Assembly: GCA_001662655.1 (NCBI GenBank)
Contig: KV460279.1
Strand: one strand, 5' to 3'
Length of the DNA stretch: 64,000 bases
From: Pseudogymnoascus verrucosus
Taxonomy: Eukaryota
Shown here: in pieces, positions 51,351 to 62,381 of the stretch
Position numbering within the stretch: position 1 is the stretch's first letter
Layout of the letters: each line of letters begins with the position of its first letter
Notes under the pieces: model-generated
Seen by the model: only the letters and a program-made list of their open reading frames with translations
What the model was told of the DNA's origin: nothing
Database searches by the model: none
Position numbers and translations under genes: made by a program

Positions 51351-52537
51351 ATGAGAGACGATATGTCGGTAGCGATGGATTTTCTCAAACAGAAGGGTGT
51401 GAAGAATGAACCCGAGAGACTTTGGGTTACAAAATTGACTCTCCGATGCATCTCGAGCGTCCTCAGTTGCGCAATCATTGGCACCGGGGCTAGCACTCAT
51501 AATGTCGAGATTGCATTGATGATGCCGGTGAGTTCACCATACCACGTCTTACACCCAATGATTCACTAACAATCCTACCTAATACAGCCAGCTTTCATAA
51601 TACTATGGAACGTCGCCGAGGGAATCACCCTGATCGTCCGTCGACGCGCATACGAAGGCATCCATCCCGGCGCCTGCGTCGCCCTCGACTTATTACTATC
51701 GCTCGGCAACTTGGTTTGCGTGGGTATGACGGGGCCGGAGATCTCGAATCCGAATATTTACTCCTCGAGGAACTGGCATGACCCCGTGGACTACTCTTCC
51801 CAGAGACTTATAATCGGTGGTGTGGCTGTGAGTATAATCGTAACGTATGATAACCCCTGGATGGACATGTGCCTACTAGTCAGTACAAGCTAACCCCTTC
51901 ATCATCAGACTCATCCAGATCTCCCTCTTCGTCATAGCTTGCGTTGAGACGCACCGACGGCGTAAAGCTGAACGCAACGTGCCAATCGCTCTTGCCACTT
52001 TCGACTCAGGCCAGCAGCAGGGCACATTCATCAACCCAAACCAGCAACCCTTCAATCCCAACCAACCCCCCGGCGCATTCAACCCAAACCAACAGCAACA
52101 GACCCAGACACAGACAGACGACCCCCCCCCACCTTACCAACTACTCCCAAGCACAGACGCAAACACACCAAACACCGTCCCCCCAATCCTCCATCGCGCA
52201 GCCTCAGATTCTACCATTCCGCCAGGGGACTTTGGCGCCCTTGCCAGGAACGGAGGCACCGACGCAGCCTCAGTGGCTGGGGAATTCGACGCCACAGAGA
52301 CATCATGAGATGTCCAACACGCCGGCGCCGAATGCGGGAGAGGTGTTTAATGGGAGACCACCTCACATGGCCGCGCCGCCGGTGGCGCCGCCGGTGGCGC
52401 AGATGCCACAACATGAGTTATCAAGTGGTACCCCCGCGCCAGGGGGGTTTACCCAGATTGCCCCACTACCGCAGCAGATGTCACAGTATGGGACTGCGAC
52501 GGCGAGCCAGGCGGGAAGTCCCGCCGCCGAGATATGA
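51351..52537 (+). CDS. Four-TM MARVEL-like fungal membrane protein with a probable frameshift in its tail
   Basis: KLTLRCISSVLSCAII, ILWNVAEGITL, GIHPGACVALDLLL, FVIACVETHRR; two introns. The frame stops at 52308 unless a C-run indel is assumed. Confidence 0.6.
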
Positions 52538-53001
52538 GATGTATATTCGGATTACTGGTGCGGAGAGGGGTGCGAATCTGCACGAGATGGGGGGATGGTA
52601 GGGGATGAGAAAACGGGGAGGGGGGATTTCCTCCCGGAAACGGGGAGGAAAAGGGGAGAAGAGGGTAGACCCTGGTGTCGAGTAGACCGAGGGCCAGATC
52701 GCAAGCCTAAATGGTCGTACATTAGACATATCTAAGAGATGCCAACAGGCGAAAGACATAGCGCAGCCATGTCTCGGTTTCTCAGCAAAGCCTGCGTGTC
52801 CCCTAGAGCCTAACTAATAAAACTAAACAACCTAACATTATCATCTTTGCCTCTAAACATTGTGATCTTCACCTTCAAGCATTGTGATCTTTACCTCTAG
52901 TAACGCAATAATGCAAGTTAATTAATTAGAGAAGAGTCAAACAGTTTAATAGAATGGTAACATAGAAAGCTATGGTACTCCTATCGCCCTCCTTAATTAG
53001 G

Positions 53002-53025
53002 CCTGCATGTATATATACATGCAGG
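53002..53025. other. Perfect 24-bp palindrome CCTGCATGTATATATACATGCAGG
   Basis: Identical to its own reverse complement; ~320 bp upstream of the PhiA-like ATG. Confidence 0.9.
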
Positions 53026-53340
53026 TGGTCAATCTCCCGAGACACTGATCTCTATTTTAGGGATGAATCTCGGAGCAACTTGATTTGACATGTAGATCGC
53101 TAATTGTGGCTGGCTATGCTGTCCTCCTCTGGGTAACACGGCGCAGCTATACGAGATGATGGTCAGACATCAGGGTGAGCTGCCCTGACTTTGCCCGATA
53201 TTCTGACAACACGCCCTACACGCTTGTATAAGAAGACTCTAAGGGGACGTCGTCGTCGAAGACGTGTTCTTGCTCATTATCAACGAATAGGAATTGACTG
53301 TATATGCGCATCTACTTGCAAAACGATACAACCTAGCATC

Positions 53341-53961
53341 ATGAAGTTGTCCGCCGCCGTCGCCTCTCTCGCCGGCGCAAGCTCTGCCCTCGCCACCGCC
53401 TTCGAGCTCATGGCGCTGCGACCTGACAGCCCAATCCACCTCGCCCCCTTCAGCGCTGCACAGAGCAACCTCTTCCTACATCTGCCACACCAGAACGCCA
53501 GCTGCGAAGGCGAACACCCCAACCGCGCAACTTTCCACATAAAGCACGGCAGCCTGTTCTTGTACTCTAAGGACGGTGAGACCCAGGAGATCTTTGTCGA
53601 CCGCTCTGGCATGGGTATGTAGACCTGGTACCCTCCCTACACAGCTATATATCGATCGTTAGCTGAATGAGCTTGGGTTTACTAACATGCTTGTTTGTTA
53701 GGCCAAGGCAAGATGGGCTACCTCACGAACAGTCCCTACGTTCCTCCGCATTTCGAGCTCGAAAATTGGCAGATTGACAGTACCGGCGACCTGAGCTTTA
53801 ATGGGAGGACCCTGATTGCTTGTCCCCATTCAATCGATCGGGCATGGAGCCTCTGGGTTGATACTAGCAATCCAACGCCTGGCGGAAACAAGGGATGCTT
53901 ACCCATAATAACCCGCGCAATCCCTGTCAATGATCCTATTAGATGTGATTACAGTCATTGA
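53341..53961 (+). CDS. phiA: Secreted cell wall protein PhiA-like
   Basis: Signal peptide, FELMALRPDSPIH, QNASC, FVDRSGMG|QGKMGY, LIACP...WSLW, PGGNKGCL; intron 53615-53701. Confidence 0.88.
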
Positions 53962-54234
53962 TCCATTAATAGGGAGGACTCTTGCCTACATCGCTAGGGA
54001 TTAGTGACTCAGACTGTAGGCTGGGTGCACAATCGGATATTTCCTAGAAAGAGGAGAAATATAGGAATATATAACTAGTCTACTAAACTTTAGCATCCAT
54101 GTCAAAATATAATATTATATGGTCTGCCTACACGTTACTAAATGAGAACAAAAAATGATTTGCAATAACATAGCTTCTCTCCACAGATTCAGAAAGAATT
54201 GGCTCGACTTGCTATGAGCGTCAGGGAGTATTTC

Positions 54235-57195
54235 CTAGTTAAAGAAACCAGCCTTTGCCAACCCCAGCCAGTTTTTATGCGTGTCTCCAAAACTCAAAAC
54301 CGTGCTCGGTTGGAGCTTCACGTGCGCATACTTGCCACCAGAGAAGAAGTATCCCTCTTCGAAATCCGTTCCCGGCACAAAGGTAAATGCGTCTATCTTT
54401 GTGAATCCCAATAGAGCCAATAGCGGCGAATTAGTCGAGACTTCTGGTTCTGGCTTGCCGTTGTTTTTACCGTAGATACTGTGGACAATTTCCTTCGATC
54501 CGGAAAAGAATGTAGAACAGTTTGGATCGCCTCCCTTCCAATAGTGCGGCACAACGCAATCAATGGACTCGAAGCCGCTCTTCTCCTTCAGACCTTTAAA
54601 CACCATCGTCCAAGGGTTTAACTTGCCTCCCAGGAAGGGTTTTCCAGTCTCCACGTCCATAACTATACATGAATCCCCACTGAAAACCCACGCTACCTTC
54701 TCATCCTTATCTACTGTCAGGACTGCATCGACCCCATTAGGCAAACCCGCTAGCGCGGGCCACATGCCTTTGACTTCAATTGGAGTACCAGTTTTGGTTT
54801 TATCCACGGCGTCAAGACGGAGATATTTTGGACCATCAAAGAAGTACACTTCATTAACCGACCACGGGAGATGCAATATGGCGCGCGGAAGAGGATTTGA
54901 TTTTAGCGGAGGCTTTTGCTCGGGGGATAGGTTGGTCTTCTTGTCAACGCCGTCCGTCGTTTTGTCAAGTACAACAGGATTGGCCTCAACAGGCTTTTTC
55001 TTGGAGTCATCGATCGTTTTATCGAGGTTGTCAGGTTTTAGGTTGGGTCCATTGGTCATTCCATTGGGACGGGCCGTCACGGATCCTGGAAGCGGTGCAG
55101 GTGAAAACACAACAGTTCCGTTCGGGGAAAAGTCCCCAATCTCTTTCTGTCCACCGTCTGCGCGAATGATCCAGTCCACAAAGTCATTAGCTCGCTGCTT
55201 ATTGTTGGCTTTGCTGCCGATGACGAGCTCCGCACGCTTCAGCAGCGGATCTTGGTCGTCATCCTTACCAACAGCCTAAATAAGTGAGCAGATGTTCACG
55301 AATCAACTGGAACATGCTTACAAAGATAGTCAATTCCTTGCGGCTCTCCTCACTTGCAGCATTCCATATACCTGTGTTCAAAGTCAGCAGAGTGTTCAAG
55401 CTGGGTATAAGACAATGTATTGTAATCTGATTGTCATTGTAACCACTCGTTGCTAGTGTGGACCATGTTTCGTGTTTTTGAGATCATAGCACAGATTTAG
55501 GTTCACATACCGCTATCAGTTAAGGTGTATGCGCCGATTATTGCAGCTTCAGCCAAGGTCTCCAAGGCGGAGCTCTCGGAGGACGCATACCAGGATGCTC
55601 CAGCCGAGGCTGATGGTGTCCGACCAATTGCGGACCAGATGGATGATTCCTTAACATTGGACGCGGACCCATCGGAGCGAGATAGGAACACTGTGGAGGA
55701 GCCGGGGTCGGCTTGGAGGCTGGTGTAAAGAGCTGAGAACAGTGCATACACGCTTGTATCGCTGTTCTCTGGGAGTTTCGCTGGATTGTTTTGCGGGCCA
55801 ACCAGCATCCAGTGGTCGCGCCAGCCAGTCTCTCTCCGGTCAATGATACCTTGATTGGTGGCGAGTGTGTCAAGCAAAACACTATCCGTAATGCCAATAT
55901 CGATAATATTCTCGCACAGATAGTCTATAGTGACACCTGAATCCGATGCGTAGAACTCAACAACGAATGGGGTCTCTTTCTTGATCTCGACACAACTATC
56001 AACACACTGTTAGATCATATATATATATGGATGATTGTGAGAGTAGTTACTATTGAAGGTATCCATCAAGCAACTTTACCAGGAGGCCGGACTGATCTGA
56101 CCCGCCCGTTCCAATGCGGAGACCGACGCCACTGCCAGGCCAGCTGTAGATCTGGTCCGGTGTAACGGTGGTACCATTAATTTTGGCGGTGCCACCATCT
56201 ACTGTCCGACGCTGGTACTGAGTACTAGGATAACGTCGGTCTAGTCGTCCATCTTGATCATCTCTGGGATTATAACGCGGCCTAGGATTCCCGTATGGAT
56301 CCCTTTCAGTCTGACGAGCCCAGTCAGGGATCTGGTACTGGTATTTGTTAGTCGCCAGATGGAAGTACTGACTACTAGGATAACGTCGGTCTAGTCGTCC
56401 GTCTTGATCATCTCTGGGATTATAACGCGGCCTAGGATTTCCGTATGGATCCCTTTCAGTCTGACGAGCCCAGTCAGGGATCTGGTACTGGTATTTGTTA
56501 GTCGCCAGATGGAAGTACTGAGAGCTAGGATAACGTCGGTCTAGTCGTCCATCTTGATCATCTCTGGGGTTATAGCGCGGCCTAGGATTCCCGTATGGAT
56601 CTCTTTGAGTCGGACCAGCCCAGTCAGGAATCTGGTACTGGTACTTGTTGGTTGCCAGGTGGAGATAGTGAGAAGGATAATAACACGAGCCATGAGAAGG
56701 ATGATAACACGTGTCATGTCGTCCACCTTGCCCGTTGCTAGGAGGTGGTGGACGCTGCGACTTGTTAAGCGGTTGGACTGGAGCTACTCCTTCTTGGATG
56801 TCATCGCCAGCCGTGTTTGTGACACCACCCTCCCCATCATCAGGATTCGTAACGACGTCGCGGCGTGTGGGGAAGAATGGCTCGGGATTGCGTCGAACGG
56901 GGGGTACAGCATGCATAACCGGCCCAATTGGAAATCCCTAGCCTAAATTAGATCTCCATGTGTAAGAAGGAGCTGTATGATCATAGAAGAGAATTTTTTG
57001 AGTTTGTTGAAGGGGAGCTGTTACTTCTTGCTCTTCTTCTCCGCTAGCATTCACGAACGGTGCACCCTCAGTGGGAGGCCATGGAATTTCAATCCCCATC
57101 TCTTGCGCCTTTCGGATCTCATTTAGGGTGAGCTGTTTGCCATTGTGAAGCTTAAACATCAAATGCAATTGGAATGGTGGAATATCTGTAGCCAT
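54235..57195 (-). CDS. Multidomain protein: 3x50-aa repeats + TupA-like periplasmic-binding domain + hemopexin-like domain (~877 aa)
   Basis: Exons 57195-57025, 56937-56051, 55995-55511, 55371-55322 and 55275-54235 total 2634 nt in one frame. LRIGTGGSDQSGL, RDHWMLVGPQNNPA, FLSRSDGSASNVKESSIW, YTLTDSG, DPLL; then VYFFDGPKY, VDAVL, IDAF, YFFSGGKY blades. The first exon is less certain than the rest. Confidence 0.75.
56215..56680 (-). repeat. Coding tandem repeat, 150-nt/50-aa unit, ~3 copies
   Basis: Period of 150 nt (56215, 56365, 56515); unit RRYPSSQYFHLATNKYQYQIPDWARQTERDPYGNPRPRYNPRDDQDGRLD. Confidence 0.95.
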
Positions 57196-58771
57196 GGTAA
57201 TCGCAGTCCAATGAGTTCTGGTGTTGGAATCGATGTATGGAGGATGGAAATTGGTATATCGGGCACCTTCCAACCTTTATGCAGTAGGGAAGAGTTCTCT
57301 CGCAACTTCTACCTCCTGTCGTGAACCCGAAATGCTCTTGCTCACACTCATTCTGTGGCTGGCTGATGTACAGCGTCGTCAGCTGCGCAAAGCTGTGTCC
57401 GCAGCTCCTGCGTTCATTCATCCAGTCTCAGTTGACACTTGCCAACCCTGCATCTGCTTAACGCACTCTTTGGCTGACTGAGAGCCAATAAAGATAGGCA
57501 TGGTAACATCGAACGGTTCCTCATTGTTGCAGCTCTTCTGTCCTTCTTCACTGGTCGCTCAGCGCAAGCCACCGCCCGTTTTGTAACCGTGTCCAAGCTG
57601 AATCGCCGTAAGAAGGTGCCCGCCGTATGCGGGTGGTGGAATTGTTAAGCATTCAATGCTGCATCTGGTGCTAATTTGCTAACCACGACCACTCAGCACG
57701 TCCCATTGCCCACAGTTGCGAGCTGGACAAATTGAGGTCGGAGAGATATGCAATCTATCGAAAGAGATGGTGTGCATTGCATAATATTCATTGGAGTGGT
57801 GCGGAGTGAAGGAATCCGTTGCCTGGCGACTGGTTCTAGACGCATGCTGTACACCGCTGAAGAATCGTTAGAGTAATGCGGAGTGAAGGATCTGTTGGCT
57901 GGCGACTGCCCCTGATATCCGTAGGTATGCTGCAAAAGCCGTTGTGGCTAGCTGAGAGCTGTGGTGGCTTGCTGGATAGCGGATTCGCCGTTGGGCGTAC
58001 GCTGGCGCCATGTTCACGTCGGGTTTGGCGGGAATGTATGGTTCCCCGCGCGCCGTCCCCGCGTGCCGTCCCCGTGTGGAGAATGGACGGAAAGGACAGG
58101 CTGAAACCCCGCACCTTATTTCACATGGGTTCACAAACAACGCTAAACATAGCAACGAACCCGACTCTGGTCCAAATTCTGGGAATTCATTCTAGCGAGT
58201 AACGAGCGCGCATCAAGTATCCCTAACAGGCCTGACTTCAAGTGCTCTGCGTAGATCTGAAGTATGACCAGTGGGAAACAGCCATCGGAGTTGCCGCTCG
58301 AAAAGGGCATCAAATTATCGTTAAGCGCCTCTTGTCCCCCGGGGAGCCATGTCGAAGGGCTTAGACCTTACTAGACATGCCTCGTTGTGGCTGCATTGCA
58401 TGAACATGCTTCCATTGTTAAAGACACGTTGGATTAGTAGAACGTATTTAAAGGATTGAGATTTATTTTAGGGTAGTCTTGGGGTGAAGCGAGGGTGGGC
58501 AGGGTGGGCTGGGTGAGCTGGGCGTGTCCATTCTAGTGCCAAACCTGGTATTGAGCTCGACTCCTGAGGCCCTTGGTGTCACTCTAACGGAATATATTGA
58601 TAACGTTCGTGGCTTTGGCAATATCCTGGCAGCTATGACCTGCGATTGTAACAAGTACTACCATTACGTCATGATCATGAACAGTTAGTTGTTTAATCAG
58701 CATCCACCATCACCTTATCGTCACGATTAATCTATCACTCATGCTGCGTTCAATGCAACGACTCACAAAAT

Positions 58772-59609
58772 ATGGTTAGTAAAAAGCCCCATCAAATGTC
58801 AAATCTAAAAGCTGATCCTCATTCCATTTATTTCCTAGGTATCGACACGCGCCAGCTCTAAGCGCAAACGCTCATCTTCTACAGGAGATGACCAGAATGT
58901 AGCCGACAACCCTCAACCCAAACGTCGGGGGGAGGATGCCCCAACTCGTCTCAATAAGTCTCAAACAGTAGAGAGTCACGACGGAGTCGTGCTACCAGCG
59001 CAGAAAAAAACTACCACCTCCACACGGCCACCCTCCTCGACGTTTTCTCACCCCATAATATTCACCATTGGCCACGGCACGCGCACACTATCCACCCTGA
59101 TTGATCTCCTCCAATCCGCACATGTCACCAGACTCGTAGACGTCCGCTCGATCCCGAAGTCCTATACAAACCCCCAATTCAATCACGATGATCTAGTCAC
59201 ATCTACCGAATTAAAGGCAGCCAACATAGAATATATATGGTATGGTGTCAAACTCGGCGGTCGCCGCAACGCACAGCAGCCCAATGTTGAGCAGCATACA
59301 GCCATCCGCGTCACGGCATTTAGGAATTACGCTGGTTATATGAGCACTCAGAACTTTCGAGATGGGTTGGAAGAGCTGAAGGCGTTATGCAAAAAGCCGC
59401 AGAGTAGGGGAGGCCATTTGGTGGCGATCATGTGTAGCGAGACGCTTTGGTGGCGGTGCCATCGGCGGATGATTGCAGATGCGCTGGTAGTAGAAGGATG
59501 GGACGCACAGCATTTAGGCATCAAAAAGGGAGAGCCTATGAAGCATGTCTTGTGGGATATTGTAAGATGTGATGATAACGGGGAATTGATATATGATGTC
59601 AAGTCGTGA
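58772..59609 (+). CDS. DUF488-family protein with N-terminal basic (NLS-like) extension
   Basis: ATG-only first exon, intron 58775-58838, then VSTRASSKRKR...PKRR. Domain motifs IFTIGHGTR, LVDVRSIP, PQFN, LGGRR, FRNYAGYM, IMCSETLWWRCHRRMIAD. Confidence 0.8.
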
Positions 59610-59918
59610 GGTTTCTTCAGTTGGTGCCATCCCTCTCTAATCGGAGGAATCAGCCCCCGCAGGAAGGTAAATTCTATAGTGCTAGTTACAAATAAAATAT
59701 CAGTGAGCATCGCTACACGCAATACTTAACTTGCCCACTTTGTGGCAACTATTGATTCTAGCGAACCATGGTGGAATTCTCACTTCGTGCCTGGGATAGG
59801 GGCGGCGGTGCCGCCCTTATTTTGTGAGCTTTAGATTGAGTGAGCTGATGTCAATCAACAAAAGTCTGACTGACTGCTCCGCAAAAAATAGTTCGTTATC
59901 GCATGGCCTGACTTCACC

Positions 59919-60393
59919 ATGGATCCACAAACAATTGAACTCGTTGAATCCATGATCGGTCAGTTCTACTTCCTACAAGTTTGAACCTGCGTTTGAATTT
60001 CATCCCGTTTCATCGATGGCTTACAGTTTACGCAACTAGGCATTTTCGACGCCATCTCTAGCGATCTCTCAAGCGTACAGACCATCGTCAGCGCAGACAA
60101 GCTCGAGACGGACGGCCACTACCTGCTGCAGCTTGATGAGAAGCTTATCATAACCAAATGGCAAGCCCTGGCTGCGGAATGTTAGTATCTCGACTGTCCT
60201 TTTTGATTTGCGCTTTTCTCAGCTGCCTGTCACATCCCGTCCCGGCCGCGCATATCACGTCTTACTCTAGCTCTCTCTCGTGTGATTGGTTTGAACCCGC
60301 AATTGACAGAACTGGCACGACTCGTCCACAGGCAAAGAGTACGCCAACGGAGCTGTGAAATCCTTTGCGGCTATAAAGTCGAATAGTCATTAA
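59919..60393 (+). CDS. Small spliced orphan ORF or gene fragment
   Basis: CACCATGG start; intron 59959-60039 gives MDPQTIELVESMIGIFDAISSDLSSVQTIVSADKLETDGHYLLQLDEKLIITKWQALAAE. 3' exon structure uncertain. Confidence 0.35.
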
Positions 60394-60969
60394 CTCATTT
60401 TTTGTATTTCCTTTAGCTCAGTCTGCTAGGTTAGATATTTGCTCCATTTTCTGCCTTATCCTATTTGTTGCAAGGTCCTTTCTTCTGAAGAACGGAGAGC
60501 TTGATCATAAGTAGCCTGTTCAACTTTATCACTTGCAACTCGACGACATTCCACTGTTTCCTTGACCCCTCCAGCTTCTTTCATTCGCTCACCATACTGC
60601 AGCCGCTCTGCGCTCTGGATTTGGCCTATATATTAATTAAATACAGTACAGGACAGTTAGACACTTTTTAGAATAGTATTAGTAACATGGCGTCGTCTCA
60701 CGATTGTCAATTACTGAAGCTTTGCGATGCGGCTTTAAATACCACATTGTATTTGCATTCCGGTTGTTATAATGGGTAACTGGGCTACAAGTATGAGGAA
60801 TAGCTATTGTAACTATAGCCTTAAGCTCCTGCCTTTTGCAAAGTGATACCCGTATTCGAAACTGGCAAGCTGCATCTTTGCAGATTAAGATGTGGCGTTT
60901 ACGGTCTGACTACGAGTTAGGGCACCCGCTCATAACGGTCAGAACACTTGAAACCCATCAAAGCAACTA

Positions 60970-62195
60970 TCACGCTATCCTGCCCTCTAAATCGGTATCT
61001 GACGTCTTCTCGCCATGTAAAATCGACCTATAAGATTGATATCGCCTCAGCATTCCTTTGATTTTTAATCTCCTCACCATAAAGAACACCGCTGCCGCAG
61101 CTCCGAGTACGAACAAGGGTATCCACCACTTGGCAGACCTACTTAACGAAACAATTAAAGATGCATCATAAGAGTGCCACGATGAGCTACCAAGATGGTT
61201 GAATATGGGAGTCGAAACAGGGCCGTTCAAGCTGTGCAGCTTGAAGTTGTCCAGGGGTCCAGCAAGGATCTTCAACTCTGATCTATTTGGTTGCAGGGCA
61301 TGGATTGTCCTAGTCATATAAAATCAGTCGGAGGCGCACCTTTCAAGTCGAGCAGCTGCCGCAACTCTGGATAATCACTTACGAAGCATAATGGCACCCC
61401 GTACTGAACATAACAGTCGGATATGGCAATCCAAACCACCGCCTATTATACATCTTCAAACTGCGCACCAACTTCCCCACGAACTCATTCCTTTTACTCG
61501 CCATCATGAACCCAATCGAGAAACCCGTCGGATGTGCCGCTGGAGCAACAAAGCTGAATCTTCGTAGCGGACCTAGCGATCTTGTGCATTTCAGATCCAT
61601 ATCAAGAACAACTCCTGTGCCAAGTCAGCATTAGCATCTAAATACTGTACATATAAACCAATATCCAATTCCCTAAGAGGCAAGAGAGAGCAGAATAATA
61701 CTCACCACCATACTCATACAGCACCATATACCTCAACGCATCAATCCTCTGAATCGTATAACCATACCGCTCCCACATATGCAGCAACTCTGGAAATCTC
61801 TCCCTGACAAAATCTCCCGCATTCCCATCCGTCCACAGCATCGCCTCCCATCCCGGATGCAGCTCCAAACACGCATTCCTCGCATCGATCCATTTCCCCT
61901 GCGGCTTGTGACTCCCCAGCGCAATATGGTGCAGCACAGGTGGGACGAGGTCGCGGTACAACGGACCCGCCGAGTCCTGCGTGCGGCTGTAGTTCGCAAA
62001 GCTGAGATCAAAAGCGTCGCGGTCCGCGTTGGGTGAGATGAGGAAGTCGGGCGCGCCCCGTGGCCAATTAAAGGTTAGGGAGAGGAGGGAGTAGGTCGTG
62101 CAGATCAGGGTGCGGAAATAGTAGAGCGTGAGAATCCCGACAATGATGCCATAGGCGAAGATGATGGGGTGCGTGCGATAGAGTCGTAATGACAT
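60970..62195 (-). CDS. GT32-family glycosyltransferase (IPC-glycosylating, GntA/Sur1-like)
   Basis: N-terminal TM, PPVLHHI, LHPGWEAMLWTD, IQRIDALRYMVLYEYG|GVVLDMD (DxD), VMFSTG, HLGSSSWHSYD, C-terminal TM. Introns 61615-61705 and 61310-61382. Confidence 0.88.
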
Positions 62196-62381
62196 GATTG
62201 GGAACAATTAGTGGTCTAGACGTCGTAAACTCCACGTCTCAGATCATGGCACAACAACCCAAAATGCTAAAATTGGAGCTTCGGGAGCTTGTTTTTTCAC
62301 GCTGGAAGTGATTGGGGGGTTTGGTGCTTATATATGTGGAACGGAAGCCTCGGAAGGCCAAACGAGTAACGGGAATTATGA

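Noticed and set aside
54563..55279. 238-aa plus-strand ORF
   Set aside because: Antisense to the hemopexin-encoding exon; no independent coding signal.
56330..56530. CTAAC...CAG inside the 150-nt repeats as possible introns
   Set aside because: No good donor at a suitable distance, the third copy lacks CTAAC, and changes in this segment are synonymous, indicating coding sequence.
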